64,000 nt of DNA from Branchiostoma lanceolatum (taxonomy: Eukaryota): NCBI RefSeq assembly GCF_035083965.1, contig NC_089722.1, forward strand, positions 25,419,081 through 25,483,080, given 5' to 3'. A model generated the notes under the pieces. It was given only the letters and a program-made list of their open reading frames with translations. It did no database searches and had not been told where the DNA came from. The position numbers and the translations under genes are program-made. The stretch's first letter is position 1. Each line of letters opens with the position of its first letter. This document shows, piece by piece, positions 61,408 through 64,000 of this stretch.

Positions 61408-61510
61408 CTCTGACAACAGTGCCATCTGTGCTCCTGTTCCTGGTGCCGATGTAGTCTTTCCGCCCGCTAAACGGCGAGCCTCGAGCAGGTGAAGTGGGGG
61501 CGTGGTCCAT
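61408..61510 (-). CDS. coiled-coil gene first coding exon (ATG on minus strand at 61510-61508)
   Basis: MDHAPTSPARGSPFSGRKDYIGTRNRSTDGTVVR. Donor AGAG|GTACTT. The 13-exon model totals 1593 nt = 531 codons with consistent phases throughout. Confidence 0.55.
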
Positions 61511-62499
61511 CTTTGGTCCGATGATAAGTATGGGAAGAAATAACAGTCCGGTTAGCGGTTACTATGGATGCACTAAAGTCTAATGACTGAGCTTCATAAA
61601 TGTGTTTGGGATGACTTCTTATTGGGTTTGCTCTTAGTAATAGTTAATGATTGGAGATCTTGGTGATTCTGGAGTGGCAAGTAAACAATATTAGGAATTT
61701 CTGGAAGATTTATCCTAAACCATTCTTCCAGAATAACACCTGTTTGGTCAACCAGAAAGTAAATTGACATCTCTGTTCGTGTTCCATGTTGAAATAGGCA
61801 ATTATAAGTAACAAAGACATGCAAATGAAGCTTAAACACAGGGCTAGCATGAGCACGCTGTAATTTGACTTGAAATGGTGGTATAGTATAATTATATAAT
61901 ATATATATACAAAACAGAGCATCTGTTGAATATACTTTTATCAGGTGATGCAAAATCGCAGTTCGTATCTACTTGGCATTTTTGTGCTTCCCAGCAGATT
62001 AATTGTTGGTTGTTTTTTGGTGTCCTGGTGGAGTTTGGAAAGCAGCAAAATATGGGGAGGTGTTCATGTCATAATTTATCTACAGAAAGAATAAAACGTA
62101 AATTTGTCACAAGGAATCCTCTTACTTTGTTCAAAACGACATGGTAAATGCTTTGAGGAAAATCAAGTCTTTTGAAAGACAAGAATGAAACTGCGTCTAC
62201 AACGATCAGTGCTGAAGTTTTGAAAACAAACTTTGATCAGACCGACAGCATCGACCGACAGCTGTACAGTACAGACGACTTTTTTGCCACTTGCGATCCA
62301 AGCGACTTTTTAGACTGCAAACAATCGCATATTTTCACAACCTGTACAGTTGTCTAAGAACTAAACAGAAGGCTACTGACAGACTGACACTTTCTACTCA
62401 CCCCTCAAGCAATACCAGCGGCCAGGAGTCCGTTCTTAAGGGTTGAAATCCTGACTAAGTACACACAAACACAACAGTCACCGCTGGGAAATTTGAATT

Positions 62500-62570
62500 T
62501 GTTTGAACTCGAACGCTGGCTAGAGCGCATGCGTGGGGTCATGGCGCCTGCGCACTGAGCGTGACCTCAG
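62500..62570 (+). other. putative non-coding first exon (5'UTR) of the plus-strand gene at the window end; GC-rich; donor CAG|GTGAGC at 62571
   Basis: gctagagcgcatgcgtggggtcATGGCGCCTGCGCACTGAgcgtgacctcag|gtgagctgag. Contains a 5-codon uORF (MAPAH*). The matching acceptor ttcttgcag|A is at 63667. Exon start not defined. Confidence 0.35.
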
Positions 62571-63760
62571 GTGAGCTGAGCTCCAACCATCTTGTTACAT
62601 TTTCAGAAATTTCTGGTAAGTTTTCGCCTATTTTCACTGCAAGTGAGCACTTTAACGGGAATATCTCAGCATGTGTTGTACATAAGAGTCACTCGCTCAA
62701 AATACATGAGTATAAGAAGTTATGGCGGGCTTACTGCCACAAAATACTCGCAATGAATTGCGGCATGTGAACCACGCGACGTCCATACATGATATTACAT
62801 GCAGTCATGTTGAAAGGGGAGGGGGGGTAGCATGCAGCAACCAGTCAAAGTAAGACACGTCATGTTACAGCAAAACAATCTGAGTGATAACGTTTGTGTT
62901 CCTCAGTTCTTTTGCGTGACAGATAACCGTTACAATAATAGTTGACTTACGTTTAGTTTTATTTTCGTAAAACAATCAACATCATTGTCAAAAATTTACA
63001 AAGCGTGAGTATAATATTTTCACATCTATTCATGTTTCAAAAATATAGATTATGGCAAGGAGATGTCATTGTGAATGCAAAAATGTGTATTTAGATGGAA
63101 CACTCACCATGCAACTATACCACCAACCGTTCACATAATGATATATCACTAATTTACCTATACAAGTAACGTTACATGCACATCACACCATATGTTAGTG
63201 TTATGCAAAGGATTGTGCACAAAATTCGGTCCTTATAGCAGTTGAGGTGTTGCATTTTTTAAAGAATGCACAACACGTCATGCTATCAGCTGCATATTCT
63301 GTGCATAATTTTGCAATTGTCTTGATTATTTCTAAACCAATTAAAATAATTTATGCCTTGTTACATCCCAGCCTTCTTTCCATGCAGTTTTCTATTCAAA
63401 TGTTCAAAGTGGGTCATGTAATGGAAAATACAATTCCAAATAATTCAGAAATGTCATGAGAAATCCCAGTGAAAGACAAATGTTGCCAAATGAAGTCAAC
63501 TGTGGTAATCTTGGTAAGGACAGAAGCACTTTGATTTGCTGGAAGACTATGTGTACCTTTATTCTGTCCAATGTGCCTCTTGTCAAACTTTCCCTTCATG
63601 CTGTTTGTCATGGTTGCTCGCCTTTTGACGTCAAATACTGAGAGAATCTTGTGGCCTGTTCTTGCAGATGGTTGGCTGAACTCGGCTGGAAATTACGAGG
63701 TGATCAATCCTGGATTTTGCATTTACCCGGTGGACTGGTTTTGACAAAGCTTCCCCAGCC

Positions 63761-64000
63761 ATGGCCTCTGGCAAGATGCCTGCTGACACCGCCCGCCTTC
63801 CCAGGATTGAAATGCTACTGTACTTCTTGGGATTCTGTGGTCCAGCTTTCTATTCCATCTATGTGGTCTATCTTTTATCAAAGGAGATGGAAAACACACT
63901 CTTTGAGGATCTAGAGTTGGACCACTCGAGCTTCCTGCCATTCCTAGGAAGAAAGAAGGATATCGCAGACTTTGAGTGGGTGTTCTGGCAGACACACTTC
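63761..64000 (+). CDS. partial CDS (first 80 codons) of an unassigned multi-pass membrane protein; continues beyond the window
   Basis: ccagccATGg is a Kozak context, in an exon that starts at 63668. MASGKMPADTARLPRIEMLLYFLGFCGPAFYSIYVVYLLSKEMENTLFEDLELDHSSFLPFLGRKKDIADFEWVFWQTHF. The stretch LLYFLGFCGPAFYSIYVVYLL is a hydrophobic helix. An in-frame stop precedes the ATG at 63701. Confidence 0.45.
   Translation, partial: MASGKMPADTARLPRIEMLLYFLGFCGPAFYSIYVVYLLSKEMENTLFEDLELDHSSFLPFLGRKKDIADFEWVFWQTHF

Noticed and set aside
1-64000. Prokaryotic-style features (operons, CRISPR arrays, RBS-led ORFs)
   Set aside because: The sequence is clearly eukaryotic: GT-AG spliced genes, microsatellites, TATA/ETS promoters, AATAAA signals. 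Several 'M' starts in the supplied ORF track are TTG/GTG codons (e.g. 34054, 39610) and are not used here.

Overview
This window is eukaryotic nuclear DNA, almost certainly from an invertebrate animal, not a prokaryotic locus. It has multi-exon genes with GT-AG introns of 0.4-6 kb, TATA and ETS-type promoters, AATAAA signals, a (CA)n microsatellite and many MITE/foldback elements. There are no CRISPR arrays, operons or rRNA/tRNA genes. All splice junctions were reconstructed by hand from the raw sequence; every gene model below closes in frame (total CDS length divisible by 3). Seven protein-coding genes were reconstructed by recognising conserved motifs. (1) 7575-20436 (+): a group III secreted phospholipase A2 (bee-venom/PLA2G3-like), 4 coding exons. 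It has a ~190-aa N-terminal extension and a poly-Asn/polybasic C-terminal tail. (2) 24315-27708 (+): a phospholipid scramblase (PLSCR-like), 9 coding exons. (3) 34084-35907 (+): a BTB-BACK-Kelch protein with a single coding exon. (4) 38261-43633 (-): an RSRC2-like SR/coiled-coil/SMAP protein, 8 coding exons. (5) 47330-49563 (+): a mitochondrial ribosomal protein L50 (MRPL50-like), 4 coding exons. (6) 52943-61510 (-): a 13-exon, 531-aa Ser/Pro-rich plus coiled-coil protein of unassigned family. (7) 63761-64000 (+): the start of a membrane-protein gene that runs off the window. The most unusual non-genic signal is a family of four Mutator-like MITEs. They share a terminal core CTCCAAGCAGA and have 9-bp target-site duplications. 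One 1-kb copy with 105-bp TIRs abuts the 3' end of gene 6. Two large intronic foldback palindromes and several local duplications are also present. I recalled the homologous protein sequences from memory and could not run searches, so the family assignments need BLAST/HMM confirmation.
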